Assembly: GCA_965603825.1 (NCBI GenBank) | Contig: CBFDEM010000027.1 | Location: 372,001-436,000, forward strand | Direction of reading: 5' to 3' | DNA: 64,000 bases | Source: Blepharisma stoltei ATCC 30299 | Taxonomy: Eukaryota > Protista > Ciliophora | Shown here: positions 13,001 through 25,659 of the stretch, piece after piece | Numbering within the stretch: position 1 is the first letter of the stretch | How the letters are laid out: each line of letters starts with the position of its first letter | The notes under the pieces: generated by a model | The model's database searches: none | What the model saw: the letters and a program-made list of their open reading frames with translations, nothing else | Told to the model about the DNA's origin: nothing | Made by a program: the position numbers and the translations under genes

Positions 13001-14483
13001 TTGTAATTGTTTTTGCTAATCTTGTCAAGCTATCAAATGAAGGAGCTTTATTTTTGGAAAGCTCACGCCAGAACTCAGTTTGGGCTGATAAAGATTGAAC
13101 TTCAGCAATGTGGGCAGATTCAAGGTAGCTTGCAAAAGTAACCATTGTTATCGCATCTTTTCCTACATGCTGTCTAGTTTTATATATAATGAACTGTTCA
13201 TCTAGAAAGGGGTTTCTTTGCTCAGCTTGTTCAAGCTTTGCTATAGCTTCTTGGCGATTTTTGTAAGTCAAGTGAAATTGAGCAACAAAAATTTTTAAAA
13301 TACTGGATTTTGGGAATTTTCTTTCAGCTTGGTAGTAAAATTCTTCAATTTCGTCAAGCAGCTGTGTATCTTTGGTCTTATATGATCCAACTTTTTCAAG
13401 TATCATGAATCTTGTATGAAGTTCAACTTCATAAGGATTTCGAATGGTGTTTATAGTTTTCTTCAATAGTTCCCGCCGACGCCAATTGCAGGCTTCTCCA
13501 ATTAGAATCCACATGCAAGGGGAACCTATATAAAACATTGTTACAGGTTCAGGATTTTCATGATCGTCGAGTATAAGAGCGATTGTTAAACAAATAGTAG
13601 CCCAGGTGAAAATTCCTAAAAATCGTGTCTGAATTACACATGTCCGGTAATCATAAAATGGCATATAATAAATGTACAAAAAAGTCATTATTAAACCACT
13701 AAGTAAAAACACGATATCAAGCATCACATAGTATTCCTTTTCATAATAGAAGTTGATAAAAAATATCATAACAGCTTTGATCATCAAAAATATCAACTCA
13801 ACTCTCGCATGCGGCCTAGCTGCGATATCTTCACTAGTATATTCCAATTCATAAAAGCTTGCAGCCACAATCAAGCTTAGCAAACCAAATATAATTGAAA
13901 TTATTGTGGAAGAAGCTATAAGCAGCCAGCTTTGCTCTTTCGGACATCCTTCCATCTCCATATTTCCTACAGCACAGCTTAAAATGACAATAAAAAGAGT
14001 TTGAAATGGTAAGTATAAGACAGTGGTCAAAAGTGAGGAGACCGATCTCAGCATCTTCAACAGCAAAACGTTTTGGATTCTTTTATTGATAAATCTGTAG
14101 CCAACTATCCCAAAATTCAACAAATTTGCGAAGACGAAAAACATGCAAACTATGTATATAACCAGATTTCTCATATAATCTTCTTCTGATAAATAAAACT
14201 CAAATTTTAAATAATAGCAAATCTCTGCAAACAGCTCTGAATATTCATGATTTCAGGGAAACTCTGCTCGGTCATTGAACGGAAAAGAAAGTAGCTGGAG
14301 GGTATCAATGACCATTCCTAACAAATTTAATTTGAACGACACCCTGCTGTCCTTCGCCATTACAAATAGCGTTCCCATCAAAGCTGCTTTTAACCCTCGC
14401 CAAGTACGTTGAAAGAGGTTCAATTTATGCTCTTCAGATTCAGATAACTTTTCATCGTCGGCTTCTAGCTCTGCATTACTCAT
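10005..14483 (-). CDS. TmcB/TmcC-like multi-pass membrane protein with TPR-like and PAS-like regions (~1490 aa)
   Basis: Eight supplied ORFs are in one frame, separated only by TGA. N-terminal TM block (YLPF, RPHARVE, YYMPFY), NPYEVEL, PAS-like GQVEKVNASFLLW, C-terminal TM segments. Confidence 0.8.
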
Positions 14484-15348
14484 TTTTTATTTAATTAACC
14501 TTAGTATTTTAAGCTTAGTCAGGCAGAAACTAAATAAAGTTGTGAGAGGAAATTTTTATTGTTTAATTATTCAGTATTTAAAGAAAAATTAATATTTTTT
14601 TTGCTATAAATCACAGTTCAAGAATCTTAACTGCAGTGCAAATATCAATTTAATGATATTTTCAATGAGAAGATCAGCTATGTAGAATGATTTAAGTTAA
14701 TAGATTCTGTGCGAATTCATAGGCATTCGCTCTAATAGTTTATAATTATATATTAGAAAGGCTTAGCTAAATAATGATAAAATTAAATCAAATTAGCCTT
14801 TGAGATCTATTTGCTATGGCATAGAATTTTGATGCTATCAGCCTTAAAAGTTATTCACTAGCCTAGTAATGGCTACTTACTCATATAAAAGATAGACAGT
14901 AAAAAGAATCTCGAATTTCTATCAAATTTGTTTTAATACCCGATATTGGAATTACTTAATTCGAGCACCATTATCACGGAAAAGCACTTATATTTTGATA
15001 ATAATAGAAAATTTAAAGAAAAAAAGCCAGTAAAGCTGAATATCATATAATAATGTTATAAAATTCAATTAGAATTGAAAGAAGAGATTGATTTAGATTA
15101 TAATAAGTTAAATAATAATTATAATAGTTAGTGATGCAGCTATAATTTTTGCTGAGAATGACAATAAGAGAAGCAATTTTTTTAAATTATTAAGTCGTTA
15201 TGATTTATAAAGAAATTATTTAAACTTTTCAAATAATATAAAAAGAATAGAGTATTTTTTTCTCACTGTTTTGGAAATGAAATATTTTTAATATCACCTA
15301 TTTTTATAGAGTTTAATTCAGTTATTTATACTTAATTTAAGGGATTGA

Positions 15349-16123
15349 TGTTTTTCTGATCAAATCCTTATCCTGCAAACTATAATTGAAAGCAGTCATT
15401 GCAGAATAAGACACCTAATACGCATCTTTGGATATTAAAAGGCCTTATAATTTGTAGATAGAAACATACTCCTTGAGACATTGGTTGATAGAGGATTAGA
15501 CAGTGAGCTGGTTGCGTTCGTTGCTGCGTTTATAAAGGGCGAAGAGAGCTTGATGATATAGATGGCATTTTTATGGACGAATAAGAATGAATAGAATATT
15601 AAGGCAATAAAGAAGTTAAAGACAATAAAGGAAAGATTAAGAATATATATGCATGGGCGAATGGCGCAAAAAAATTAATCAAGATATACAAAAAAGGACA
15701 AGGCTATTACAGCAGTTAATTAATGCGAAGCAAAGTCTCTATATGATATTGAATTCATATTTAATCAGAGAAATTGGACACATTTACAGGCTTAGAGTAG
15801 GGTTCAATTTGACTGCATAATCTCAGAAATTGGGCATCTAAATCTATCAGAAAGACGCACGGCCTGTGAATGGAGGTTGAAGATGAGATGCATCTCGCTG
15901 ATAAACGCTGGGTGATGAAGGATTTAGGGTGAATTTATGAGAGGATCTGAAAAACTTGGAAGTTAGAGGGAAAATTTAGGATCTACAAAATTTTACTTTA
16001 TACAGGGAGATTTAGAGGTGACTGAAAGTTGAGCATAGAGATAAAAAAGAAGAAATTGATAATTTAATAAAAGATTCAATTTATGCAGTTATGAATATTA
16101 AAGAGAGAAATGCTGAAATTTAG
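15349..16123 (+). mobile_element. Decayed non-LTR (LINE-type) retrotransposon ORF2 relic
   Basis: Frameshifted peptides CFSDQILILQTIIE, SLDIKRPYN/VDRNILLETLVDRG (RT DxxKAxDxV region), LDDI, YRLRVG, and RTACE..VEDEMHLADKR (decayed CCHC knuckle). Many stops. Ends are approximate. Confidence 0.72.
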
Positions 16124-16280
16124 CTTTAAATTTGCATCATCATAATAGTTAATTTAAATGGAAATAATAGAGAAAACCAAAATAAATTTTAATATTGAAT
16201 TGCTTTAAATATAAGCTTAATGTTAACTTCTTATAATCAATTATGCTAAAACCTGGGGCTTTGTATTTATATATTTTAAA

Positions 16281-17120
16281 ATGGATTCTGTTAGCAAATC
16301 TACCTTAATAAAGCTGCCCCCCTCACTAGCCTCAAGCCCAAGCAAATCAAGCTTTTCTTTCTCTACTCCAAAGCCCTTTATACACAACTCATATTCAGAT
16401 CTCAAGAACATTTGAGCTCCAACTGCCATTAAGAAGGACAAGATGGACTTTTTATCCTGTTTTTTCATATCAACCTTTATCTTTTTCTTAGGTAGTCTTT
16501 CTTCTATGATTTTTGTTCACTGATTTATTGCAGACACCCCTTCACTAATTCCTCCTGTAAGAGAAGTCCTTCAGCCCATCATTATAAAAGAGATCCAAGA
16601 AGACTCTTTAGACACATATATTAATTATGCAAGTATTTCAAATAAAGCAGAGATTATTTCAGAGTTCTCTACAGCTGAATATCATGGCGCTTTATCCTGG
16701 TTTTCTAATAATCGAAGAGAATCTGCATTATCTGATGACAACTCTTTAGGAAATTGTTGGGCTTTTGCAGGAAACCAAGGACAATTAGCTATTCAGCTCG
16801 GATATGAAATATACCCCGAGCAATTTTTTATGAGGCATGTTAATGTAAAAGCTATATAGATTGTGGATTATGTGACAGCACCAAAACAGTTTAAAGTGTG
16901 ATCTACAGAAACTTCAACTGAAAGTAATAAGTGCTCTTTATTAGGAATTTATAGCTTTGATTTAAGGATTAAAGGTGAAAAAAGAAAAGCCTGAGAATTA
17001 TTTAAATGTAAAAATAGCTGTGATATTGCAATCAGCGGAATTCTTCTAGAAATTGATTCAAATTATGGTGGAAATAATACATGCGTTTATCAATTTGGCT
17101 TACATGGAAGGCCAAAATAA
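16281..17120 (+). CDS. SUN (Sad1/UNC-84) domain nuclear-envelope protein
   Basis: Absent from the ORF track. ATG 16281, TM segment, NYAS..AEII, GNCWAFAGNQGQLAIQL, TAPKQFKVW(TGA), SNYGGNNTCVYQFGLHG. Intron 16845-16859. Confidence 0.88.
16845..16859 (+). other. 15-nt intron gtaaaagctatatag
   Basis: Removes an in-frame TAG inside the SUN domain. Confidence 0.88.
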
Positions 17121-17217
17121 GCCGTTTAATAAGATGTTTATATATAATCATATATAATAAATGATTTAATATCTAATACTTTCAATGTGTTTCTTAATAT
17201 TTTAAAAATTAGAAATA

Positions 17218-18312
17218 ATGAAAAAGAATGGATTTCAAAGACCATTTCACACTTTGCAAATTATTGCTTGAGCTCTTATAGGATCAATAACTGTTCTATT
17301 CTATGTGTTTGTTATACCGGTTTTTCCAAATGAGTTACAGATAATGATAGGGATAATTTTTTCAGCTTTTTTTCTTTTAACTTTGATATTGGGATTTTTA
17401 TGCACTTTTATCGATCCTACTGATCCAGCTATACATGAAGAGCTTATTGCAAAAAAAGAAATGTAAAAACTACTCAGGAAAGATTTTGATTTAAAAAAGT
17501 ATCCTAAAATCTGTCAAATGTGTAAAGCACATGTGCATGCAGATAGCAAACATTGCAGAGAGTGTGAAAGATGTGTGGATCACTTTGACCACCATTGCAA
17601 GTGACTTAATAATTGCATTGGAAGAAGAAACTATAAATTATTTGTTAAATTAATATGAAGTTTGGAAGTTTTGGTTTCAATCATCACTATATGTGGATCT
17701 GCTGCATTCAACGAAATTTTAAATGGGCAAGCATTTAAAGAACGGTTGGAGGAAAATTTAAACATTACTGGAGATGGGATATATTGCTACCTTGTTGCTG
17801 TTTGCTTTATGGTGGTTGTTAGCGGCTTAGTGGCTATCGCAAATGCACAATTGATTGGATTTCACACATGATTGATGCTAAAAAAATTGACGACTTATGA
17901 ATATATTTTGAGTAAAAGGAAGGCTAAAAAATATGAAGTGGTAGAAGTTACAGTGAATAATAGTAAAGTAGTTATGGAAGAAATTCCTTTAGAAGAAATT
18001 TTTGAGCCATATATTGATAATCCTGAATATGCAGAATCAAAGCCAATAAGAAATATAAGAAATTCTTCAGGAACGGTCGTTCCTGTAAATTGGAACGAGT
18101 TACAAAAATTCACAAATTCAAATTTTACCCTTCAAAATCCGGCTGATAATGAAAATGAAGTTGAAAAAGAAATGAAAGTTGCAAAAGAAGAAAATGCACA
18201 AGAAGACCCTTCGATGGAGAATGAAAACTCTTGCAGATTAGGAATTGAAGAAAAATCAAAAGAAAACTTAAATGACACTACTGCAATAGAAAATTCTGGT
18301 ATTTCAGCTTAA
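17218..18312 (+). CDS. DHHC palmitoyltransferase (ZDHHC1/11-like)
   Basis: MKKNGFQRPFH start; [20 protein letters not shown](TGA)LNNCIG; TTYEY. Intron 17463-17477. Confidence 0.92.
17463..17477 (+). other. 15-nt intron gtaaaaactactcag
   Basis: Removes an in-frame TAA just upstream of the DHHC-CRD. Confidence 0.88.
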
Positions 18313-18354
18313 TTGTGTTTATATATTATTGATTAAAACTTGTCTTAGATTAAT

Positions 18355-21276
18355 TTATTGGTTTTTATGCGCTTTAATGAGATTTTGGATATCTTCTAAA
18401 GCTCTGAGTCTCGAGGTCACTGCTTGATTTTTATCTTCATTTGTTTTAAGCCCTATTAAATCTTTTTTCTGCTGTTCAATTAAATTTTTCAAATGTGTTT
18501 CTGTTTCTGCTACATATGATTCAAGATCGTTAAGTTGCTCTTTTAGCTCACAGCATTTATCTTTGTATTTCATTTTGGCAGCTTCTGAAGATCTCAGTTC
18601 TTTCATTATTTCTTGTTCTCTTAGCAATAGAACTTTATTTTGCTCTTTAAGTTTTATAAGTTCTTGCTCAATCATATTTACTTGGTTTTCGACAATAGAT
18701 AGTTCATGCACTTGACCATTTCTATATGCTTCTAATTCCGCCAAAATGTTATCCCTTTCTTGCATTAGCCCATTTTTTTCACTATTCAGCTTGTTGTCAC
18801 TGTCATTTATTTTTTCCATAAGTTCTTGGTTAACCTGTTTCAATTGCTTAATTTTTTTACTTTTCTTCTTTATTTCTCCTTCTAAAAATTCTAAATCCTG
18901 CTTTGAGCCCATATTTCCTAATGCGTTTTCCTGTTTAGACAGCTTTTGAGATGTTTCTTCTAGCACTTTATTTAAATGCTCAACTTCTTGCTGAATTGCT
19001 CTTTTTTCCTCTTCATTAATTTGATTATCTTGATTTAATTTCTCATTTTCTTCGTTTAAATCTGATAAGCTAAATCTTAACTCTTCAGCTTCTTTTTTAA
19101 GTAGTAAAATTTCATCTTTTTCCATGTCCATCAGCTTTTGCATTTCTTTTAATTTGTTTCTGAGGCTTTTATTTTTCATTTTCCTGGTTTCTGCTTCTTG
19201 CCTGGCTGCAAGCCAGTTTGTTTCCAATTCTTCGCTTCTTATACGTAAAATTTCATATTTCCCTTCAAGTCCATTATTATTTCCTAGTAGCTCGCTAACT
19301 CTATTTCTCATAGCAATATTTTCTTCCTCATATTTTTTCCTATCTTTTGCTTCAACTCCTGCTTTAAAGCTTGCTTCATTAAGCGCGCCTTGCAAGTTCT
19401 GCACTTGTTTTTCCAACTCTGATATATTTTTCTTTTTTTCCTTCAACTGTTTTTTTCATTCTGAATTAGTCAGGCTTGGACTTTCACCCGGAACAGGAGA
19501 ATATCTATAAGCTTCATTTGCTTGCTTTTCTTTTTCTCTATGTAATATTTACAATAAAGCATGGAGCTGAGAAACTTGTGAATTATGAATTTCTCTTTCC
19601 TTTAGAAGCTGCTTTTCTAGCTCTTTTATCCTTGAGTCTGCTATATCTGGGGTAGGGCTTTTTGAATGGGGATTTGTAGGTGGTTTTGCACTTCCTGTTT
19701 GTTGCAATCTTAATGCGTACTCCTGCACTTTTGCATAGAGCTCAGCGGATTTTACTTGCCCTTCTATTAATCGTTCTGCTTGATCACTAATTAAATTTTC
19801 TTGGTCTCTGAGAACTCTTTGAAGCTCCGTAATTTTTAAGCTGTCGTTCGCAATTTTTATGTCTCTTTCTTTTATTTGAATGCTCATTTCATCAATCTTT
19901 TTTAAGTGCAAATTCAGCTGGGCTTGGCTATTTTGCAATTTGCTTCGTAAAATGTCGTTTTCTTCTCTAAGCTCATTAGGAAAATTTCTATCAGTAAAAC
20001 ACTCTCTTGTAGCTTCGTGAGAAGATTGGGGCCTTATCGGTGGGCTTTCTCTCATATGAAGTGAAGATTCATTCGTATGAATTCTACTCGGTAGTCCGGG
20101 CGATCTATCACTTAGTTTATTTCGTAAGCTTGCTAATTCATTTTTTATAGATTCGCATTCTCCAAAGTAAGTTGAAGCCATATCTTTAGAAACTGAACTT
20201 AGCTGCTGCTGAATTTGGTTGATAATGATTTCTTTATCGCTAAGCCAATCAAGTGAAGGCTCTTGAGAATCAACACGAAAATCCTTTATTTCTTGCTTGA
20301 TCCTTTTGATTTCATCAATTAATGGAATTTCTGATTCTCTAGATGGGATTCCTTTTATTCTTGACACATATTTTAAAGCTGCCATAGTATGTTTTGCTAA
20401 AGAAGGGTTTGTAGTTATATTGCAGCATAAAAGTGTTTGGCTTTCAATATACTTTTTTAAGCTTAAAATTAATGAATTTTCTCTTCATATATTTTCATCA
20501 CTGGTCAATACTTTTGAGAGAGCGTTAAAAGTCTTTGCAATATTTTTTTTCTCGTCCTGAGATAAGCAGTTTTCCTTAAAAACCTTTTGATCGTTTGAAG
20601 CATTTTCTGATGCAGCTAAATCAACAAAGGCGATACTTCCTATTTCTTTGTTGGCTTGAACTTCATAAAGTGTTAAAAATACAGCAAAATGAGACTTTGT
20701 TTTTAATTTTGGGTCAGGTTTCAATAAAACTTTCCTTACTTGTAAAGCGTGGTGAAGATGTGAAAATAAATCATTGGCTCTTCTTATAGGATGCTCTGTT
20801 AAATTTTCAATTCTTGGTATGCTGCCATTTACAACACTTAAGCCTCTGCTATTATAGACCATCAGATCACTTATAACGTCATTGTAAAACTGTGTAACAC
20901 TTGCTCGCACTTCTAGATCTCGCCCATGGCTTCTTTCTCTTTCTATCATAGAAAGAATTCTTTCTGTGCACCGGACTAAAACTCCGCGATTTTTTCCTTC
21001 ACTTCCTCTCAATGTATAGCTTTTTCCAGAGCTGAATAGTAATTACTCAGAAGTTCCAAATAAAATTACGCAGGAATTTTTCCCTTTGAATAAATCTTTT
21101 GTGAAATTCTCTACTTCATTGTCATAGATTTCTGCTTGAGAGGAAATGTCAGAGTATAGTGTATCAAATGTAAAATTTTGATTTCTGTATGTCAGGGTTA
21201 TTGATTCGACATTAATTGGATTTTCTTCATGTAACGGAGGCCGAATTCTGCAGATTACTTTGAGAGATTTGGACAT
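18355..21276 (-). CDS. Divergent kinesin-like protein (N-terminal motor-like domain + long coiled coil, ~960 aa)
   Basis: KVICRIRP, FTFD, spliced P-loop GTSDSGKSYT, FVDLAASE. Introns 21032-21046 and 19538-19552; TGA=Trp joins four ORFs. Confidence 0.85.
19538..19552 (-). other. 15-nt intron gtaaatattacatag
   Basis: Removes an in-frame TAA; A at position 10. Confidence 0.82.
21032..21046 (-). other. 15-nt intron gtaattactattcag
   Basis: Splicing rebuilds the kinesin P-loop. Confidence 0.9.
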
Positions 21277-21356
21277 TTAAATCAATATTTATTCGAAATC
21301 CAGTTTATTCAAAATTTTTAATTTCCCACACAATTTTATAATAAAAATTTTAATTA

Positions 21357-21854
21357 TTATATTTTTTGCTTTTTAATTCTTCCTTTCAGCTCGTAAAGTT
21401 GCTTTAATTTTGTCAAAGGATCTCCTTGAAATGACAATATCTGAGAGAGCAGCGAAATTTTAGGAATTTGCAGTTGTCTTATATCAGTTGGCTGTAACCC
21501 AAACTGTTCGCGGTTAAATTCTCTAAGCCTTTCCAGTTCTTCTGGGTCGGGATTTTTCCCGGTATTAACGATGCAATTGCTTTTTCTTTTGACACCGGTT
21601 TTATTTTGGTTATGTTTTGCAACTTTGTCTATATCAAGGTGAAGATGTAAATATTCCGCCAAACTTTGTTGACCAAGAAGCCTTTGGGTTTGGCTCGAAA
21701 GTTGGCTTGGAGTTTTACCAGGCAAGCAGCCGCTTTGCATTATTTTTCTTCATCTACCAATTCCAAATTTCATTAAAGCTACCTTTAAAACTTCAACCTC
21801 ATCTGGTCTCCATCCTGGCGCTAAAGTGGCATTTTTAAGACTTTGGCTGTTCAT
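21357..21854 (-). CDS. AMTP1: p1 (AMTP1) subunit of the MTA1c/AMT1 N6-adenine DNA methyltransferase complex; Myb/homeobox-like HTH
   Basis: ATG 21854. TLAPGWRPDEVEVLKVALMKFGIGRW(TGA)RKIMQSGCLPGK...QTQRLLGQQSL...RKSNCIVNTG.NP closely matches the ciliate p1 sequence as I recall it. Confidence 0.82.
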
Positions 21855-21894
21855 ATTTTGATATTAATATATAAATATTAAAATTAAAAATTTA

Positions 21895-22815
21895 TTATTC
21901 CTCAACTATTTTCAATGACTGAGTCATTGTTTCTCTTTCTGGCCTCCCTTCAGTTTTATATTTACATATTATTTTTGCAATTTCTTTTCTAACCTGCCTA
22001 GTAAGGCCATAGATAACTGCATTTAAAAATCCATTTATACAGATTCCAATGCCCGAAAGCAAAACCAATTCAAATGGAGCATATCCTTCATCAGAGAAAG
22101 AGAACAGTCTGAAGACTGAGACTGGGCCTTGGCAGACCATAAGAACCAAAGGATAAAGTCTAAGTTTCATAATTAAGACCCTCCTTATGTTAGTATGCTC
22201 ATGAAAAGACCCTTCATTTTCTTGTAATTTTCTAATAATTTTCATATAAACTGCAAAGTTATATATGATGACTAGTCATAATGGTATATAAAATAAAGCC
22301 AATTTTAAACAGATAAGATATGTATGATATCCTTCATTGCCTTTATCATGAACAATTCAGCATCAGCCGTTAGATGGCCCATAAAAATCACCAATCCAAG
22401 GGATAATTGTAGCAATTAAAGGTATTCCAAATGAAAAAAGACAATATTTTAGATGATAGTTTTCAAAACTAGCGTTTTTAATAGCACTTGAATATAGAGT
22501 ATGAGCAATCACTGATGTTCAAAGTACTTCAGATAACGTAAAATAAGTAATAGCTGCTCCTTGAATTCTACATCTTACAGAATTTCCTTTATCATATGGA
22601 ATCATGAAGCCTATATAATAATTACTTATTGATATAAAAACATCTACACTTGCCAAATAAAATACCAGCCGAAAAGCAAATACTCGAAGGCTTTTAAATG
22701 CTAAATATACAAAGCACACAAAAAGCGATCCAATTAGACTAAGAATTGAAGATACCAGAATAACATTGTAAATGACTTCTTGTTCGTGATCTGATAAATA
22801 GTTGTTCTTTGTCAT
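21895..22815 (-). CDS. 7TM GPCR, cAMP-receptor-like/GCR1 family
   Basis: SSILSLIGSLFV, FAFRLVFYL, CRIQG, YGPSNGWCWI (two TGA), KLRLYPLV, GFLNAVIYG. Probable intron 22611-22625. Confidence 0.87.
22611..22625 (-). other. 15-nt intron gtaattattatatag (in frame, no stop)
   Basis: Perfect match to the consensus of the other introns; otherwise inserts 5 aa after TM2. Confidence 0.75.
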
Positions 22816-22867
22816 TTATATCATAATTTGTTTCTCCTATTTTATAATAAATATTTTTACAAAAAAA

Positions 22868-23845
22868 TTAATTTCATTTTAATCTTGATAAGGGCATTAA
22901 ATGCTTCTCTCTTATTTTCGCTGGGGAAAGTGACTGTGTTTTTTGTTCTCCTTCAAAGAGCTTTTTAATATTAAAAGCCAACGATTCATCTTTCCCTTTT
23001 TTTCTATATGAAAATTTATTAATTGTTGTTGGTCTTGTTTCTCCTAACCCAAAAGAAGAGTAGCTTGAGAAGAATGGGTCAGCAGCAGGTGAGCAATCTT
23101 CAGATGCTACACCTTTTTGATGATTTTTATTATTTTGAAGGTTTAGATTTATTTGAGCAAAGTTCGGAATTTTTGTGGCGTGTTTTAGCACCCGTTTCCT
23201 CAATGGAGATGCAGATTGAGCTGAGCCATTCTCATTAGTGTTTTCCTTTAGTCCTAAGTTGTTATTAATAGTGAAATAGCCTCCTGAAGTTTGGGAAACG
23301 CTTAGATCAGCTGAAAATTTATATGAAATTGTTGGCAAAAGTTTTTGATTAGGTTTATCGTTATCGGTAAGTGAGTATTTTTGAGGGTTTTCTCTTTTGT
23401 CAAGCATTTCAGGGGTAAAAATAATTGGTGTTCTTAGGCTATTTCGTTTGTGAGGAGAATGAGCTTGTAGAGGCTTTTCTTCCTTTGATGTAGAATGAAT
23501 TATTTCCTCTTCAAATTCTGAATCTAAATCAATTAAGTCAAAATGTTCCCCGGACGATGAAAAATCATTTTGGCATGCCACACTTTTGGTATTCGGCTCA
23601 ACCTTTATGCAAAGAAAACTCTCATGAAAAGGCTTGGCCTGTTTTTTGAGATCTCTTACCATATCTACACTTGCTGCTCCCTCTCGATTCACGCTATAAC
23701 GCTTCTGCGCAGCTCTGCTTTCTCTTTTTTTTCTAATGTATCTTTTATCTATTGTAATCTCCGAGAAATCAACACTATTTTGGCAGTTTTCTTGAATCTC
23801 GTTTTCTATTATTCTTGTTAAGTCCGATCTTACAAGATTTTGCAT
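22868..23845 (-). CDS. Hypothetical low-complexity protein
   Basis: 323-aa ORF. Its terminal TGA read as Trp extends two codons to TAA at 22868-22870. Confidence 0.65.
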
Positions 23846-24466
23846 TATGTAAAATTAAAGTAATGCTTTTAAAATGTCAAATCTTCTAATAAAGATTAAA
23901 ATCTTAAAATAATTAAATCGAATAGCTCATCAATTTTGAAAAGTGTAATTACCAATATGAGCTTTTTTAAATTGATTAAGAGAATATATATAATTAATTT
24001 TTCCTGTTAATCTCTCCTATAATTTACTTGCAATAGATAACCTCAAAGAAAGTCACGCAAGCAAATACGACAGACAAAAATTATTATAAGGAAATCCTAG
24101 AGTAATGAGCCTTAATGTGACTTAGCATGCTCATAATAAAAATAAATTCAATATATGAACTTAAGTATCAATTAATCACGCAAGAAGATAAATAAGCTTG
24201 AAGCACTACACTTGAGAAAGCTGAGTTTCTGTAGCACTTAATAATTTTTTAACATCAATTTTTCGAAAAATCACACAAACCCAGGCTGTCTTGAAGACTA
24301 CTAGACTACTTATTTTCTTTAATTGTACGTATAAATTACTGATCGAAAATATAAAAATGCTGGGAACCTTATATAATAATACTAACTATTATTTTTTATT
24401 AAGTAAAACATAGTATAACAAATACCAAAATTTTGCAATATTCTAGTTTGAAATTATTTTCATTAA

Positions 24467-25528
24467 TTATTTGATATAAAATTTTTTACTCTTTTGATTC
24501 CAATTATTATTCTTATTTTTGATTGCATAATATTCATTCATTTTTGATTCAAACTTTTTGACAAGCACGCACAATAGTTTTTCATCTACTTCTGTGTCTT
24601 GAGCAGCTAATTCAATCTTTTCATGTATATAATAGCTCTCAAGAGCATTTAAAATTTCAATAGGGCCAATTATATTAATATCATATACAGTATCAAGCTG
24701 CTTTTTTGCCTTCTTTTCCAGTCAATAATCTATTTGTGATTCAGTGATCCCATTCATTCTTGCAATTTTATCTTTTCTTTTCCTTTCTTTATATTCATTG
24801 AGAATCATTTTTATATCTTTTTTCATAAAAATCAGTTTTTTTCTTGGCATTTCTCCCATAATTTCTTTCAACTTAAAATGCCTAATACCTAATTCCCTGC
24901 AGATTTCGAAATCAGGCATTCTGTCTTCCCTCATATTAGCAATTTGCCGTTTCATTTCATAAGCTTTGTCGTGAAGAACTTTAGACCTGTCTCAGCCTCC
25001 TCAAGAATGGATATATGCCACATTTTGTATATCATAAAGAGACATAATAACTTTTACTCTTACCCCATGATTGTAGAGTTTAGAGACCCTTTGCTTCAAA
25101 TCTTCAAGGTCATAGAGGTCAGTGATAGGATTATCATATGATTTTTGCGTTTTAGGTTCAGGAGAGATAATATCAATGGCTATAGGCTTATTTTTCTTAG
25201 GTAAAACTTTTTTTTTGGGAGCAGAATTCTGAGAAGTGGAGATTGAAGAAGAGGGAGCATGATCTGGTGTAGATTTTGCATAGCGAGAGTTTTCAGTAAT
25301 TAAATATAACGATACAAGAGATATAGAAAGCATCTTAGATGCACGATCTAAACCGACTTTTAAGGTGGCATCTATTACACAGGTCCTGAGTTCTTCAAAA
25401 AATGGGATTTTCTTGTGGCTCACAAGTGATCTATACGCTTGAACTTCGTCTTTAGGGATTTTCAAATAATCTGCTACCATTTCAACTCCACGAAATAAAG
25501 CGCAAAGTCCTATATATTTTGCCTCCAT
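24467..25528 (-). CDS. Hypothetical protein with tandem HTH-like segments (353 aa)
   Basis: ORFs 25001-25528 and 24722-24955 join through TGA and run on to TAA at 24467. Repeated short helical units ending in I..W. Confidence 0.7.
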
Positions 25529-25659
25529 TAATATTTATGGGGCTTTTTGCTAATAAAATTATGAATTATTTCAAATCCTTATGCATTGATAATTAGTTTT
25601 TTATAAATCTTCTTCCTATTTATTTAGCATAAGTTATAAATTATTTTTGAAACCAGTCC

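Noticed and set aside
16241-16468. Supplied 75-aa minus-strand ORF
   Set aside because: It is antisense to the better-supported SUN gene.
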